From the IMG/VR virus record IMGVR_UViG_3300009873_000001: a DNA stretch of 64,000 bases. One strand, written 5' to 3'. This document shows positions 9,768-20,679 of this stretch, one piece after another; position 1 is the first letter of the stretch; the number at the start of each line of letters is the position of its first letter. Source of the stretch: a virus (Duplodnaviria; Caudoviricetes). The notes under the pieces are model-generated. The model had not been told where the DNA came from. It was given only the letters and a program-made list of their open reading frames with translations, and did not search any database. The position numbers and the translations under genes were made by a program.

Positions 9768-10424
9768 ATGCCTGAGCGCGAAATGACTGCCCTGTGCGAG
9801 TTGGCGCTGAAGCACAAGACCGACAAAGGCGGTTGGCACACCTTCGCTGGAGACACCTGCCACAACTACACGCCGATCTATCACGCTGTCTTCGGCCAGC
9901 GCCGGCACGAGGTTCGTCGGGTGCTCGAGGTCGGCGTCAATCACGGTAGCTCTCTCCGCATGTGGCAAGAGTATTTTCCGTTCGCCGAGATCTTTGGCCT
10001 CGACCTCAGGCCAGAGTGCTTGTTTCGGGAGGAGAGGATCTGCTGCTTCCAAGCCGACCAAGGAAACCCAGACAGCCTCCGCGTAGCTGTGGCCCAGACC
10101 GGCGGCAGGCCGTTCGATCTCATAGTCGACGACGGGTCTCACATTCGGCAGCACCAGGTAGTCACCGCCAACACGCTCATTCACTACCTGGCCCAGGGCG
10201 GTTCGTTCTTCACCGAGGACCTGGCCGGTCCTTACGCCGCTGAGATTACCTGTAGGCCCGACCTGCTGGCCGCGGAAATGATCATTCCGGACTGGTTCGC
10301 TTGGCGTGGCTGGTCTGCCGGGGACGGAATCGGGCGCGCTCGGTGCAAGCCGCACTGCCAAAGCTGTAAGGGCCAAGGCGGCGAGTATCTGCTCGAGATA
10401 CGCCGTGCGGAGGCTGATCGATAG
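9768..10424 (+). CDS. class I SAM-dependent sugar O-methyltransferase (paralog)
   Basis: TDKGGWH, HNYTPIY, VLEVGV..GSSLRMW, IVDDGSH. Confidence 0.85.
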   Translation: MPEREMTALCELALKHKTDKGGWHTFAGDTCHNYTPIYHAVFGQRRHEVRRVLEVGVNHGSSLRMWQEYFPFAEIFGLDLRPECLFREERICCFQADQGNPDSLRVAVAQTGGRPFDLIVDDGSHIRQHQVVTANTLIHYLAQGGSFFTEDLAGPYAAEITCRPDLLAAEMIIPDWFAWRGWSAGDGIGRARCKPHCQSCKGQGGEYLLEIRRAEADR

Positions 10425-10531
10425 CCAGTTGATCTCTCGGAATGTGGCAAGAACCTGCCCTCGGGTTAGGGTCGGTAGAGAGTGAAGCGCCCGCCTGTCT
10501 GCGGCGCTCGCCCGCTTCGAGGGAGGACCCA

Positions 10532-11887
<1,356 letters not shown>

Positions 11888-11924
11888 GCGCCGTAGACCG
11901 GCATAGAACTCAGGAGGGTGGACG

Positions 11925-12875
11925 ATGGTCGCTGAGAACTATTTCGTTTCCAACCTCCTGGGCACTACCAGGTCGAGGTTCGTTTACAACGCCGCCAGTC
12001 CGGCCGACGCGGCTCAGTTGGCGGCGATTGGCAACGAACTCTACTCCCAAACGCCAGCCGGCGTGCCTACTCAGACTGAAACAGCTGATATCGCGTTCGG
12101 GTTCGGGAGCGCGTTTTACTATGTGAACCAGTTCTCCATGCGGTCCAGGCCATGGCTTGGACAGCAGGGCCAACTGGCCGCCCCGTTCTACAGCGAGACG
12201 GTGGTCGGGAATGGCCTCCTGAAAGCCACTCAGCCTGGCTTTGAAGGTGGCGCCGGCCCTGTGTTCGGCAATGTGGACGTCTCAACCGGGGCCGGAGTCG
12301 CTGCCAGACTCTCTCTGACTGGTACAGCTCTGCGCTGGTACGGCGTCAGGAGCCTAGTCGCAGTTCCGGGGCTCGGTGAGGTCACTCAGGGGGTCGGGCG
12401 CTCCTCAATCTTGTTCGCCAGAATCGCCGTCCCGTTCACGCTTGATCAATCCTTCTTCGTCGGTGGCCTAGCAGACGTGAGCGGCGCGCTGGCCAGCGGC
12501 CCCGACCCGTCAGCCGCGGCCATGAGCGGAGCCATGGCGATCGTGAAGCTAGCCGGGGATCCGACCTGGAACGCCTTCGCTCGAGCTCCGGGTTCGGCGG
12601 CAACGACCAAGGTGGCGATCGGACCGGTGGTGGCTACGGGGACTGTGTATCAACTGCTGATCGAGACCGCTGACACGTCCGGCGCTGTGCGCTTCACCGT
12701 CATGGACGACGCCACCAACACGATACTAGGCCAGACAGTGTTCGCCGCAGCGGCCTTTGGCGCGGGGCTGCACCACTATCACTTCGACGTGGGGGCGTTC
12801 ACCGGAGTGGCGGCGGCTCGAGAGTTCGATCTGTTCAGCGCGGGCGCTGTCCGGAACGATACGTTCAAGATCTAG
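11925..12875 (+). CDS. beta-rich putative fibre/receptor-binding protein A1
   Basis: AGGAGG RBS; paralog of 16644-17573, more distantly of 13822-14793 and 18517-19461. Confidence 0.75.
   Translation: MVAENYFVSNLLGTTRSRFVYNAASPADAAQLAAIGNELYSQTPAGVPTQTETADIAFGFGSAFYYVNQFSMRSRPWLGQQGQLAAPFYSETVVGNGLLKATQPGFEGGAGPVFGNVDVSTGAGVAARLSLTGTALRWYGVRSLVAVPGLGEVTQGVGRSSILFARIAVPFTLDQSFFVGGLADVSGALASGPDPSAAAMSGAMAIVKLAGDPTWNAFARAPGSAATTKVAIGPVVATGTVYQLLIETADTSGAVRFTVMDDATNTILGQTVFAAAAFGAGLHHYHFDVGAFTGVAAAREFDLFSAGAVRNDTFKI
12473..12598 (+). repeat. 126-bp direct repeat, copy 1
   Basis: Matches 17174-17299 with one mismatch (C12503 vs T17204). Confidence 0.92.
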
Positions 12876-12897
12876 CTGAGTAAGGCAAGGAGAGATC

Positions 12898-13809
12898 ATG
12901 CCACCACCTCGCCTGATTACGGCCTCAGAGGGCACAACTGACCTAGGGCTCATTGCGAAGCTTTTGGTCGACGGTCTGGATCCGCAAGTTGCCGCGGTGC
13001 AGATCAGGGCCTCGATCCTAGAGGTCAGCAGCGCTAGTCGGGACAACGCACTCGGGATCAGCGGCTTCGATCCGCTTGTGGCTCTGGGCGACGAGACAAT
13101 AGACGGGACCACTTCGCGTTCGATCGTTCCTGCGTACACTCAGTACCTGTACGGAGCAGGTCCGTTCAATGGAGTTCGCATTGGTCGCCAGTGGGTGGCC
13201 GTTGGTTCAGGCGCGATCCTGACGTTTGACGGAGATCACGGCACTGCTGACACGGTCGCCTCCGGACCTGCTCCGATTGCGATTGGGGTCTATCCATTCT
13301 CGACTGCTGTGCCACAGCTTGACTGGGTCAGCACGCAGTCGGTGGAGGCCCAAGCGACGCTCACGGTGACCCTAGGCCCGAACCCAGGGAACATAGCCCA
13401 AGTCGGGCTCACGCCTGCCGGAGTCACTGTAGGCGCAGCGCTTGGTGCAGGGGCCGGCGGCGCATTCACCGTTGCCGGAGGGATCGGATTCGAGTGGATC
13501 CCCAGCTCGAGCGCGTTCTGGGAGTTCGTCATCTACAACGCGATCGGGGCAAAGCTCCTTGGGATCTCCACCGGAATCCCAGGCGGGTCGAGAGTCAGGT
13601 ACAGGTTGAGGCGACGTGGTGCGAGCGGGCTTATTTCAGCCAAGATGAGCGACGCCTCCAGCACATTCACATTTGGCCCGGCGGTGGCTCTCTTCGGCTT
13701 CGTGGCGGCGCAGTCCATTTCGAGCCTCTTCCAGGCTCCAGGACCGCCTGGGCCTCCCAGTATCTTGTCTTTGCTCGACAAGTCGGTGGCCAGAATCGTC
13801 GTGGCCTGA
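12898..13809 (+). CDS. beta-rich putative structural protein B1
   Basis: AGGAG RBS; Gly/Ala/Thr/Phe-rich; positional counterpart of 17581-18513. Confidence 0.7.
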   Translation: MPPPRLITASEGTTDLGLIAKLLVDGLDPQVAAVQIRASILEVSSASRDNALGISGFDPLVALGDETIDGTTSRSIVPAYTQYLYGAGPFNGVRIGRQWVAVGSGAILTFDGDHGTADTVASGPAPIAIGVYPFSTAVPQLDWVSTQSVEAQATLTVTLGPNPGNIAQVGLTPAGVTVGAALGAGAGGAFTVAGGIGFEWIPSSSAFWEFVIYNAIGAKLLGISTGIPGGSRVRYRLRRRGASGLISAKMSDASSTFTFGPAVALFGFVAAQSISSLFQAPGPPGPPSILSLLDKSVARIVVA

Positions 13810-13821
13810 AAGGCGCAGAGT

Positions 13822-14793
13822 ATGGCTGGCGAGAACTACTACAAGAACATTCGCGGCCTCGTCGGAACCGATTTTCGCATTGCTGCAGCCGCGCCCGCCG
13901 CTACGGCCAAGACATTCGGCGACGACGAAGGCACGGCAATCGAGCTCACGAGCGGGGCCTTCACGATCTTACGAGTTGAAGAGCCGCGCTTCCAGAACGG
14001 AGCGAACTTCGACCTGGTCAACAAGTTGGCCGCGCCTGGCGTGGCGTTGCTCGGGGATATCGGCTATCTCAGTGCTCCGTTCGCCGATCCGTCGATTACG
14101 AATCCGTGCGACGGGATCCTGTTCGGAGCCGTGCCTGGACTAGAAGTCGGGGCTGGCGTGCCGGTGTTTGCTGTGGCCGACATGATGGACGCGGTCAGCG
14201 GACCGTTCACGAGACTGACCTGCAGTGCGGCTGCCAGCAACTGGTTCGGCATTCGAGACACGCTCGGTCTCACGAATAACTTCGTGCGTGGGTTCACGCC
14301 GCGCCAGGCGATCATGAACATGCGCCTGGCTGTGCCGGACTATTCGAGCCTTTCGTTCTTCGTAGGTGGATTCGAGGGGGCAAGCGCTGCTCTATCCTCC
14401 GGCGCTGACCCCACGGCAGCCGGGCTTACCGGGGCTGCGGCCTTTGTCAAACTCGACACCGACGCCAACTGGAACGCGTTCGTCAGACTGCCTGGGTCGG
14501 CAGTGCCAACCAAAATTGACCTGGGCGTCGCGGCCGGAGCAGGGACGGTGTACATCTTCTTGCTTGAGTGCCTTCTGGCAACCGGAGGGGCTGGCAGCAG
14601 CGGAGACGTGCGATTCTCGATCTACAACCTCACAGGATTCACGCTTCTCGGTCAGACCACGATCAGCGGCTTCCCAGCCTTTTCGATTTCCAACTATCTG
14701 TTCACCGCGGGCGCCTTCACGGCCACAGCCGCCTCGCGCTCCATGGACGTCTACAACGCCATGGTCGTGCAGCAGAACAGCTTCGACGCCTAG
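13822..14793 (+). CDS. beta-rich putative fibre protein C1
   Basis: Paralog of 18517-19461 (VGAGVPVF, SFFxGGF, AFVKL..D.NWNAFVRL.GSAVPTKID). Confidence 0.75.
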   Translation: MAGENYYKNIRGLVGTDFRIAAAAPAATAKTFGDDEGTAIELTSGAFTILRVEEPRFQNGANFDLVNKLAAPGVALLGDIGYLSAPFADPSITNPCDGILFGAVPGLEVGAGVPVFAVADMMDAVSGPFTRLTCSAAASNWFGIRDTLGLTNNFVRGFTPRQAIMNMRLAVPDYSSLSFFVGGFEGASAALSSGADPTAAGLTGAAAFVKLDTDANWNAFVRLPGSAVPTKIDLGVAAGAGTVYIFLLECLLATGGAGSSGDVRFSIYNLTGFTLLGQTTISGFPAFSISNYLFTAGAFTATAASRSMDVYNAMVVQQNSFDA

Positions 14794-16484
14794 TTCCCGG
14801 TCAGGCCAGCCGCCGTCAGGCCGTCGGCCTGCGCCAGCTCGCGCAGCCAGGCTGGAAACGGCTGAAGCGCCTGCATGAAGCCCTCGGGCGTGGAGTTCAG
14901 CGCGCGCTGCCGGTAGTCGGCCAACTCGAAGGCAGATACACCCGCGTCACCAGGCCTGGCGGCAAGAATCAACTGCCTGAGTTCATACATGGTCTTGTAG
15001 GCCTTGTGGATTCTGCCTGGCGATCCGCCGTGAACGTCGCTCAACAACTTGTCTGCTGGCTTGAGGTCTAGATATTGACGGTGATTGATCCTGGCCTCAA
15101 GTAAGTCAGCAAGGCTGGCAAGTGACCCTGGAGCCTCCGGGGCCGGCCATGAATTCTCGCCCCAGCGAACGTGCATGTACGAATTGATCACGACAGGGGG
15201 AGCCTCGCCGGCCTTGACGAGCCACTCCAAGTCAGCGCGGGCAGCTGGATCTTCGAGTTTGGCTGGAACGTACAGCCTGATCAGGCGCGCGACCTTGTTC
15301 TGCGGGTCTAGTTCCACAGCGCGGTCCAGCGGGGGCAAGGACTCCTCCATCTTGCCGAGATCCTGCAGCGCCCCGGCCTTGACAATCAAGGCGCTGACGT
15401 AGTCCGGCTCGAGTTTCAACGCGTCCTCAGCCCTTTCGAGCAGCACACGCGCGAGATCCGGCGAAGCGGTCCAACCGTAAACCCGTTCCTCCATGCGTTC
15501 AGGGATCAGAATCCTGGCTTGCTCGGCTGGGCTCCCGGAGAGCGGCTCCTCGAGCGAACGCTCGGGCTTGAACGCCAGTAGCGCGGCGGCAGCCGCCACG
15601 GTCACTGCGAGCGCGACGAGGAACGCTGGGCGGGCCGGGCGGCGGACATCCGGATCGCGACGCGGCGCCGAGGCAGGTGCAGCCAACGCCTCCGCCAGCT
15701 CTTCGGCGCTCTGCCACCGCCTCGCCGGCTCCTTCTCCAGGCACTTCAGGATCACCGCCTCCAGCCACTCCGGGATCTCCGGCCTGATCGAGCGCGGCGG
15801 CACCGGCGTGCGGTCTAGCACGCCATCGAGCACCTCGATTCCGCTGTTGCCGCGGAAGGGTAGCTCGCCCGTGACGAGCTGGTAGAGCGTGGCGCCGAGG
15901 CCCCACACGTCGGTCCACGGTCCGATCGCGCGCTTGTCGCCGCGGGCCTGCTCGGGCGCCATGAAGGCCGGGGTGCCCATGATCTCGCCCGTCTGCGAGA
16001 GCGAGCGCGAGGCCTTGAGATCGGTGTTCAGGATCTTCACCAGCCCCAGATCGATCACGACCGGCTGGCCGTCGGGCCGGAGGATCACGTTCGCCGGCTT
16101 CAGGTCGCGGTGAATGATCCCGTGCTCGTGGGCGTGGGTGAGAGCGCTGGCGATCTCGCGCCCGATCTGCGCCACCTGATCGGGCGGGAGCGGCCCGTCG
16201 CGGTCGAGCTTCTGCTTCAGCGACTCACCCGGCACCAGCTCCATGGCCAGCCAGGGCTGACCGCGCGCGTTCACGCCGGCTTCCAGAATCTTGGCGATCC
16301 CGGGGTGATCGAGGGTCTGCCCAGCCCTCAGCTCCTGCTGCCAGCGGCGGACCTCCTCGGGGTCGGCGTTGAAGAGGGTCTTCAGCGCGACCTGCTGGCC
16401 GGCCTGGTCGACGGCCAGGTGGACGACGCCCATGCCGCCGCGGGCGAGCTCACGGAGAGGGCGGTGGGGAAGAGTTTTGATCAC
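14790..16484 (-). CDS. Hanks-type Ser/Thr protein kinase with TM segment and TPR region
   Basis: ARGGMGVV, VALK, HRDLKPANV, DLG, GTPAFMAPE, DVWGLG; hydrophobic segment; GTG 16484 preferred over the long upstream extension. Confidence 0.95.
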   Translation of the reverse strand: MIKTLPHRPLRELARGGMGVVHLAVDQAGQQVALKTLFNADPEEVRRWQQELRAGQTLDHPGIAKILEAGVNARGQPWLAMELVPGESLKQKLDRDGPLPPDQVAQIGREIASALTHAHEHGIIHRDLKPANVILRPDGQPVVIDLGLVKILNTDLKASRSLSQTGEIMGTPAFMAPEQARGDKRAIGPWTDVWGLGATLYQLVTGELPFRGNSGIEVLDGVLDRTPVPPRSIRPEIPEWLEAVILKCLEKEPARRWQSAEELAEALAAPASAPRRDPDVRRPARPAFLVALAVTVAAAAALLAFKPERSLEEPLSGSPAEQARILIPERMEERVYGWTASPDLARVLLERAEDALKLEPDYVSALIVKAGALQDLGKMEESLPPLDRAVELDPQNKVARLIRLYVPAKLEDPAARADLEWLVKAGEAPPVVINSYMHVRWGENSWPAPEAPGSLASLADLLEARINHRQYLDLKPADKLLSDVHGGSPGRIHKAYKTMYELRQLILAARPGDAGVSAFELADYRQRALNSTPEGFMQALQPFPAWLRELAQADGLTAAGLTGN

Positions 16485-16490
16485 ACCCGA

Positions 16491-16529
16491 AGCATAACCA
16501 CTTTTTGCTGTATCCGCAACCTGTTGCGG
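16491..16529 (-). promoter_or_regulatory. sigma70-type promoter for the kinase, with palindrome over the -35
   Basis: TTGCGG-17bp-TATGCT-6nt-GTG on the minus strand; CCGCAAC-CT-GTTGCGG inverted repeat at 16514-16529. Confidence 0.6.
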
Positions 16530-16643
16530 CAGATAACTTTGTGATCCAATTGGCTTTGTGGTCAGGGCTGGCCCGCCGTGGAGAATAGGTACTGAAGGCC
16601 GGCAGCCGGCGCGCGCCACGGGCGCAGATGAGGGGAGGCCAGC

Positions 16644-17573
16644 ATGGTCGCTGAGAACTTTTTCAGGGACTGGCGAGGGACGTCTAGGCCAAGCTTCTCC
16701 CTCATTTTGCCCACAGCCTCTTCGCGTCTCACCGCCTCGGCTGGCGAGCTGTTGGTGGAAACCACAGCCGGAGCCCCGGCCTTCCTTGGATCGGCTGACC
16801 TGGATCTGGGCGCCGGGTTCAACGCAGAGGTTGTGAACAAGTTCTCCAACCGCTTCTATCACTTGCTCGGGCAGTACGGCACGGCCACAGCTCCGTTCTT
16901 CGGAGCGACTGTCGTAGGCGACTCGCTCCTCAAGGCCACGCAGCCTGGGTTCGAGGGCGGCGCAGGACCGGTGCTCACCGCCACTGACCTGCCAGGCCCG
17001 GCTACGAACCTGTCGCTGGCCGGCATGGCCGGTCGCTGGTACGGAATGCGCAGCATAGTAGCCGTCCCCGGCGTGGGTGAATTCAGCCGAGGAGTCGGCC
17101 TCGCTGGTTTTCTGTACGCCTCAATCAACATACCCACCACTCTCGACCAGTCTTTCTTCATTGGCGGCTTGGAAGACGTGAGCGGCGCGCTGGCCAGCGG
17201 CCCTGACCCGTCAGCCGCGGCCATGAGCGGAGCCATGGCGATCGTGAAGCTAGCCGGGGATCCGACCTGGAACGCCTTCGCTCGAGCTCCGGGTTCGGCC
17301 GTGCCGTCAAAGATTGCGATCGGTCCGGCAGTGGCCACCGGCACGACCTACCAGCTCTTTATTGAGGCCTCTTCTACTTCCGGCGCCGTGCGCTTCACGG
17401 TTCTAGACGCGGCCTCTACAGTCTTGGGGCAAATCGTGTTTCCCGGCGCTGCGTTCGGAGGCGCCGCCAATCACTATCACTTCAACGTCGGCGCGTACAC
17501 AGCGGTAGCTGCAGCGCGCGATTTCGACTTCTTTAGCATGTCGGCCGTGAGGTTCGACAGCTACGACATTTGA
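16644..17573 (+). CDS. beta-rich putative fibre/receptor-binding protein A2
   Basis: GGGAGG RBS; MVAENFF start; paralog of A1. Confidence 0.75.
   Translation: MVAENFFRDWRGTSRPSFSLILPTASSRLTASAGELLVETTAGAPAFLGSADLDLGAGFNAEVVNKFSNRFYHLLGQYGTATAPFFGATVVGDSLLKATQPGFEGGAGPVLTATDLPGPATNLSLAGMAGRWYGMRSIVAVPGVGEFSRGVGLAGFLYASINIPTTLDQSFFIGGLEDVSGALASGPDPSAAAMSGAMAIVKLAGDPTWNAFARAPGSAVPSKIAIGPAVATGTTYQLFIEASSTSGAVRFTVLDAASTVLGQIVFPGAAFGGAANHYHFNVGAYTAVAAARDFDFFSMSAVRFDSYDI
17174..17299 (+). repeat. 126-bp direct repeat, copy 2
   Basis: Near-identical to 12473-12598. Confidence 0.92.
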
Positions 17574-17580
17574 GGTCAAC

Positions 17581-18513
17581 ATGACGGGAATCTACGTCAC
17601 CGCCAACGACGGCATGCTGCATTCGCTTGGCTTCCAAGTTGGAGTCGGCCAGGAAGAGATCACAGTCAGCGGAGCCGAGCCGTTGGTTGACAAGACGAGC
17701 GTCCGCAGCGCAACGACTCTAGTAGGCAGGAATATCGACGCCATTTCGGAGGTCGGCGTCTTGGTGCGGCCGTTCGGCGCCCAGAACTCGGCGGGAGAAA
17801 AGGTCGCCAACACGTTCGAGTCCACGGGCCGTGGAAAGATCGGCGGGCTTACCGGACCGCCAGACGCATTCGGAGTCTCGTTCGGAACCGGCCTCAAGAA
17901 GAGTCTCAGTTTTTATGGGTCCGTAGGCGCGTTCACTTCTGCTAGCAATGGCGGGCAGTTCTTCGCGCTTACGCCGTTCGCGCCAGGCGGTGGGGTAGCC
18001 ATAGGCACCGACGCTCCCACCGTGCAGTACTCGTTCACCGGGACCAACAGATGGGACCTGCGCTGGAGCCTGCGGCTAGAGCCTCCGTTGGCCGGCACCA
18101 AGGGTTCCTTCGTGGGGGTCGTTAGCCCTGGGCTGACGTTTGCCGGAGCCAATGGCGGAATCGGAACGACCTTCGGAATCGGCCTCAACTATTCGATCGG
18201 GTGGGTCAACGACCCCACCACGACCGGCAGCACTCTCTGGCACAGGTACACGTCCGACGCAGGGCTGACAACGTTCACGCCTACAGTCCTGCCTCAGTTC
18301 GCGAGCCTGACGTACATCCTGCAGATTGAGCTCGCCACTTACAGGCAGGCGATCGTGGACAACACAAGCGACGCAGTCGTCGACGACACCGGCTTCATTC
18401 CGTTTCCGTCGCCTGGATTCCTGTCTGACTACAAGGACTACACCTGGGGCAAGGAAACAACCGGAGCCGGGCTCACTTTGAATGTGGGCTTTTCGTCGGC
18501 CTGGGGAGAGTGA
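17581..18513 (+). CDS. beta-rich putative structural protein B2
   Basis: 310 aa, same slot in the cassette as B1, little visible sequence similarity to it. Confidence 0.7.
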   Translation: MTGIYVTANDGMLHSLGFQVGVGQEEITVSGAEPLVDKTSVRSATTLVGRNIDAISEVGVLVRPFGAQNSAGEKVANTFESTGRGKIGGLTGPPDAFGVSFGTGLKKSLSFYGSVGAFTSASNGGQFFALTPFAPGGGVAIGTDAPTVQYSFTGTNRWDLRWSLRLEPPLAGTKGSFVGVVSPGLTFAGANGGIGTTFGIGLNYSIGWVNDPTTTGSTLWHRYTSDAGLTTFTPTVLPQFASLTYILQIELATYRQAIVDNTSDAVVDDTGFIPFPSPGFLSDYKDYTWGKETTGAGLTLNVGFSSAWGE

Positions 18514-18516
18514 CGC

Positions 18517-19461
18517 ATGGCCGGAGAAAACAGGCTCACAAACTGCAAAGGGGTCGTCTCCACTGAATTCGGGATTGGGGTCGCTGCCCCGACGACCGGA
18601 ATTGACGTGTCTGACTCAGCACAGGGCGTCACGATCCAGAACTTTGCCAGCGGCGCGCGGGCCGTCGTCAGGATCAAGGACCCGCGCCTGGGCGGGACGG
18701 CGGCTATTTCTACCGACGTCGTCACCAGCAGAACGACAGCGATCAACGCGATCAGCGGCAGGTGGGGTCATTTCAGTGCGCCGTTCGCGCTGTTCGCCAC
18801 GCCATGCCAAGGGAACCTGCGCCTTGACGCGCCAGGTGTGATCGTCGGTGCCGGCGTTCCGGTGTTTTCCATGGCCGACGCCATGGACGCGGCGAACGGT
18901 CCATACACCAGAATGTCGCTCGTGGGAGCCGCTGGCAACTGGTTTGGCTTTACGGGCAGCCCTGGTGGCATTTTCGACTACGAGCAGAACACAGTTCCGG
19001 CCAAGGCGTTCTTCCGCATGGCTGCGCCGAGTTACGCTGATCTGTCGTTTTTCATTGGTGGCTTCAGCGGGGCCAATGCGCTGCTCTCGAGCGGTCCTGA
19101 CCCCTCGGCCTTCGGACTGACCGGCTGTGCTGCATTTGTGAAGCTGGCCGCTGACCCCAACTGGAATGCCTTCGTGCGACTGACCGGATCAGCCGTTCCC
19201 ACCAAGATCGACATGGGCGTGCCGGCGGTGGCCGGCACCACGTACCTCTTCCTGTACGAAGAGCTGACCGGGCCAGCCACGGCTGTGTTCTCGATCTACT
19301 CCACGGCGGGCGCGCTCCTGGCCACTACGTCAATCCCGCACGCGGACCCGGCCGCGTTGGCCTATAAGCTCTGCGCTGGAGCTTACACGGCAGTGGCTGC
19401 CGCGCGAGATATCGACTACTACAATGGCATGGTGGCCCAGCTCAATAGCTGGGACAGTTAG
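18517..19461 (+). CDS. beta-rich putative fibre protein C2
   Basis: MAGEN start; paralog of C1. Confidence 0.75.
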   Translation: MAGENRLTNCKGVVSTEFGIGVAAPTTGIDVSDSAQGVTIQNFASGARAVVRIKDPRLGGTAAISTDVVTSRTTAINAISGRWGHFSAPFALFATPCQGNLRLDAPGVIVGAGVPVFSMADAMDAANGPYTRMSLVGAAGNWFGFTGSPGGIFDYEQNTVPAKAFFRMAAPSYADLSFFIGGFSGANALLSSGPDPSAFGLTGCAAFVKLAADPNWNAFVRLTGSAVPTKIDMGVPAVAGTTYLFLYEELTGPATAVFSIYSTAGALLATTSIPHADPAALAYKLCAGAYTAVAAARDIDYYNGMVAQLNSWDS

Positions 19462-19514
19462 CCTGTTGTGGCTGCCTCGGCCGGGTTTGAGAAAATGACC
19501 CTAGGAGGCCGCGC

Positions 19515-20633
19515 GTGTCCTATATCACCTTCCCCCTGCCTCCGGTCCTGGCCGAGCAGTACCAGGAGCCGCTGGCCAGGAACATTGAGGCCGCGCGCGC
19601 TCGCGCGTACTTCAATTCGCTCAAGGCCAGGGCGCAGGCGCAGAAGATCTACGGCTACTCGGACGCGGGCGCGATCTCGAGCCCGAGGGCTCCAGCCGGC
19701 ATGTCCGGGCTGGGCTACGCCGCCGCTGAGGGCGGGCGTTGCGGCAGCAACCTCGCAGACCAGCTCAACAAGCTCGACGTAGCGATCGACATTTCTGACC
19801 CGCGCGAGCTCGTGCGGATCTACACCAAGGTCAACGCCATGGGCTTGCGGTGCGGGAAGGTGCTAGCGCAGCGCCTGCGCGCCCTGCAGGGGCGCGCTGA
19901 CCCGGATCGCAAGGCCGAGCTGTGGACGAGCCTGCTCTACCGGCTCGACGGTATCCGCAAGAAGGTCGAGTTCCGTCTGCAGGGGAGCGGTCTGTCTGGT
20001 ATGGGCTGCTGTGGCGACGGCATGTCCGGGCTCGGCGATTCGGTGCCGATCGACGAGCTGACAGCCTTTCAGCGCGACAGGCAGAACGAGGAGGCGGTGA
20101 ACTACTGGGGCCCCGCCAGCCGCGGCCTCCAGTCCTGGAAGAAGAACCTCCGCCAGGAGGGCGTGCTCGAGGACGCCCGCATGGCAGCCAGGCAGCGCGA
20201 CATGAGAGCCAACGTCGAGCGCGCCATGAGCGAGGAGGAGCGCGCCGAGCTGCAGCGCCTCAAGAGCCAGTGGAAGGCCGTGGGCAAGCAGCTCAGCGCC
20301 GAGGACGCGCAGCGCGCCGACCTGCTCAGACAGCTCACCGATATCGAGCTCCAGAAGCTGGCTCAGAACTCGCCGGACCCGCGCGAGCGCGACATGGCGG
20401 CCATGTTCCTGGCCAAGCGCCGCTACCACGGGCTCTACAAGAAGCTGCGCCGCCAGGCCAACGTCGACTACGCCGCGCCGCGGCCGACTGTGGACGCCGA
20501 GGGGAAGACCTACGTCCTGCGCCCCGGGGTGGAGCAGCGGGCGACCACGCTGCCGGCGATTCAGTTCCCAATCCACCCAGGCAAGGGCGCGGTCATGGAA
20601 ATGCAGGCTGACGGCCTGTTCGGCATTGGCTGA
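19515..20633 (+). CDS. helical putative virion protein with four xxG(L/M/I)G motifs
   Basis: AGGAGG RBS; MSGLG twice, LSGMG, and terminal LFGIG. Confidence 0.75.
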   Translation: MSYITFPLPPVLAEQYQEPLARNIEAARARAYFNSLKARAQAQKIYGYSDAGAISSPRAPAGMSGLGYAAAEGGRCGSNLADQLNKLDVAIDISDPRELVRIYTKVNAMGLRCGKVLAQRLRALQGRADPDRKAELWTSLLYRLDGIRKKVEFRLQGSGLSGMGCCGDGMSGLGDSVPIDELTAFQRDRQNEEAVNYWGPASRGLQSWKKNLRQEGVLEDARMAARQRDMRANVERAMSEEERAELQRLKSQWKAVGKQLSAEDAQRADLLRQLTDIELQKLAQNSPDPRERDMAAMFLAKRRYHGLYKKLRRQANVDYAAPRPTVDAEGKTYVLRPGVEQRATTLPAIQFPIHPGKGAVMEMQADGLFGIG

Positions 20634-20679
20634 GGCGGTGGCTGGTAGCGTCTCGGTCCGAGGCGCATAGCGAGCGCAA

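Noticed and set aside
16485-16862. 126-aa N-terminal extension of the kinase in the ORF track
   Set aside because: It overlaps gene A2 on the other strand, and a promoter-like motif sits right before GTG 16484 where the kinase domain begins
12473-17299. Diversity-generating retroelement TR/VR pair
   Set aside because: Only one mismatch, both copies are mid-gene and coding, and no reverse transcriptase is visible in the window
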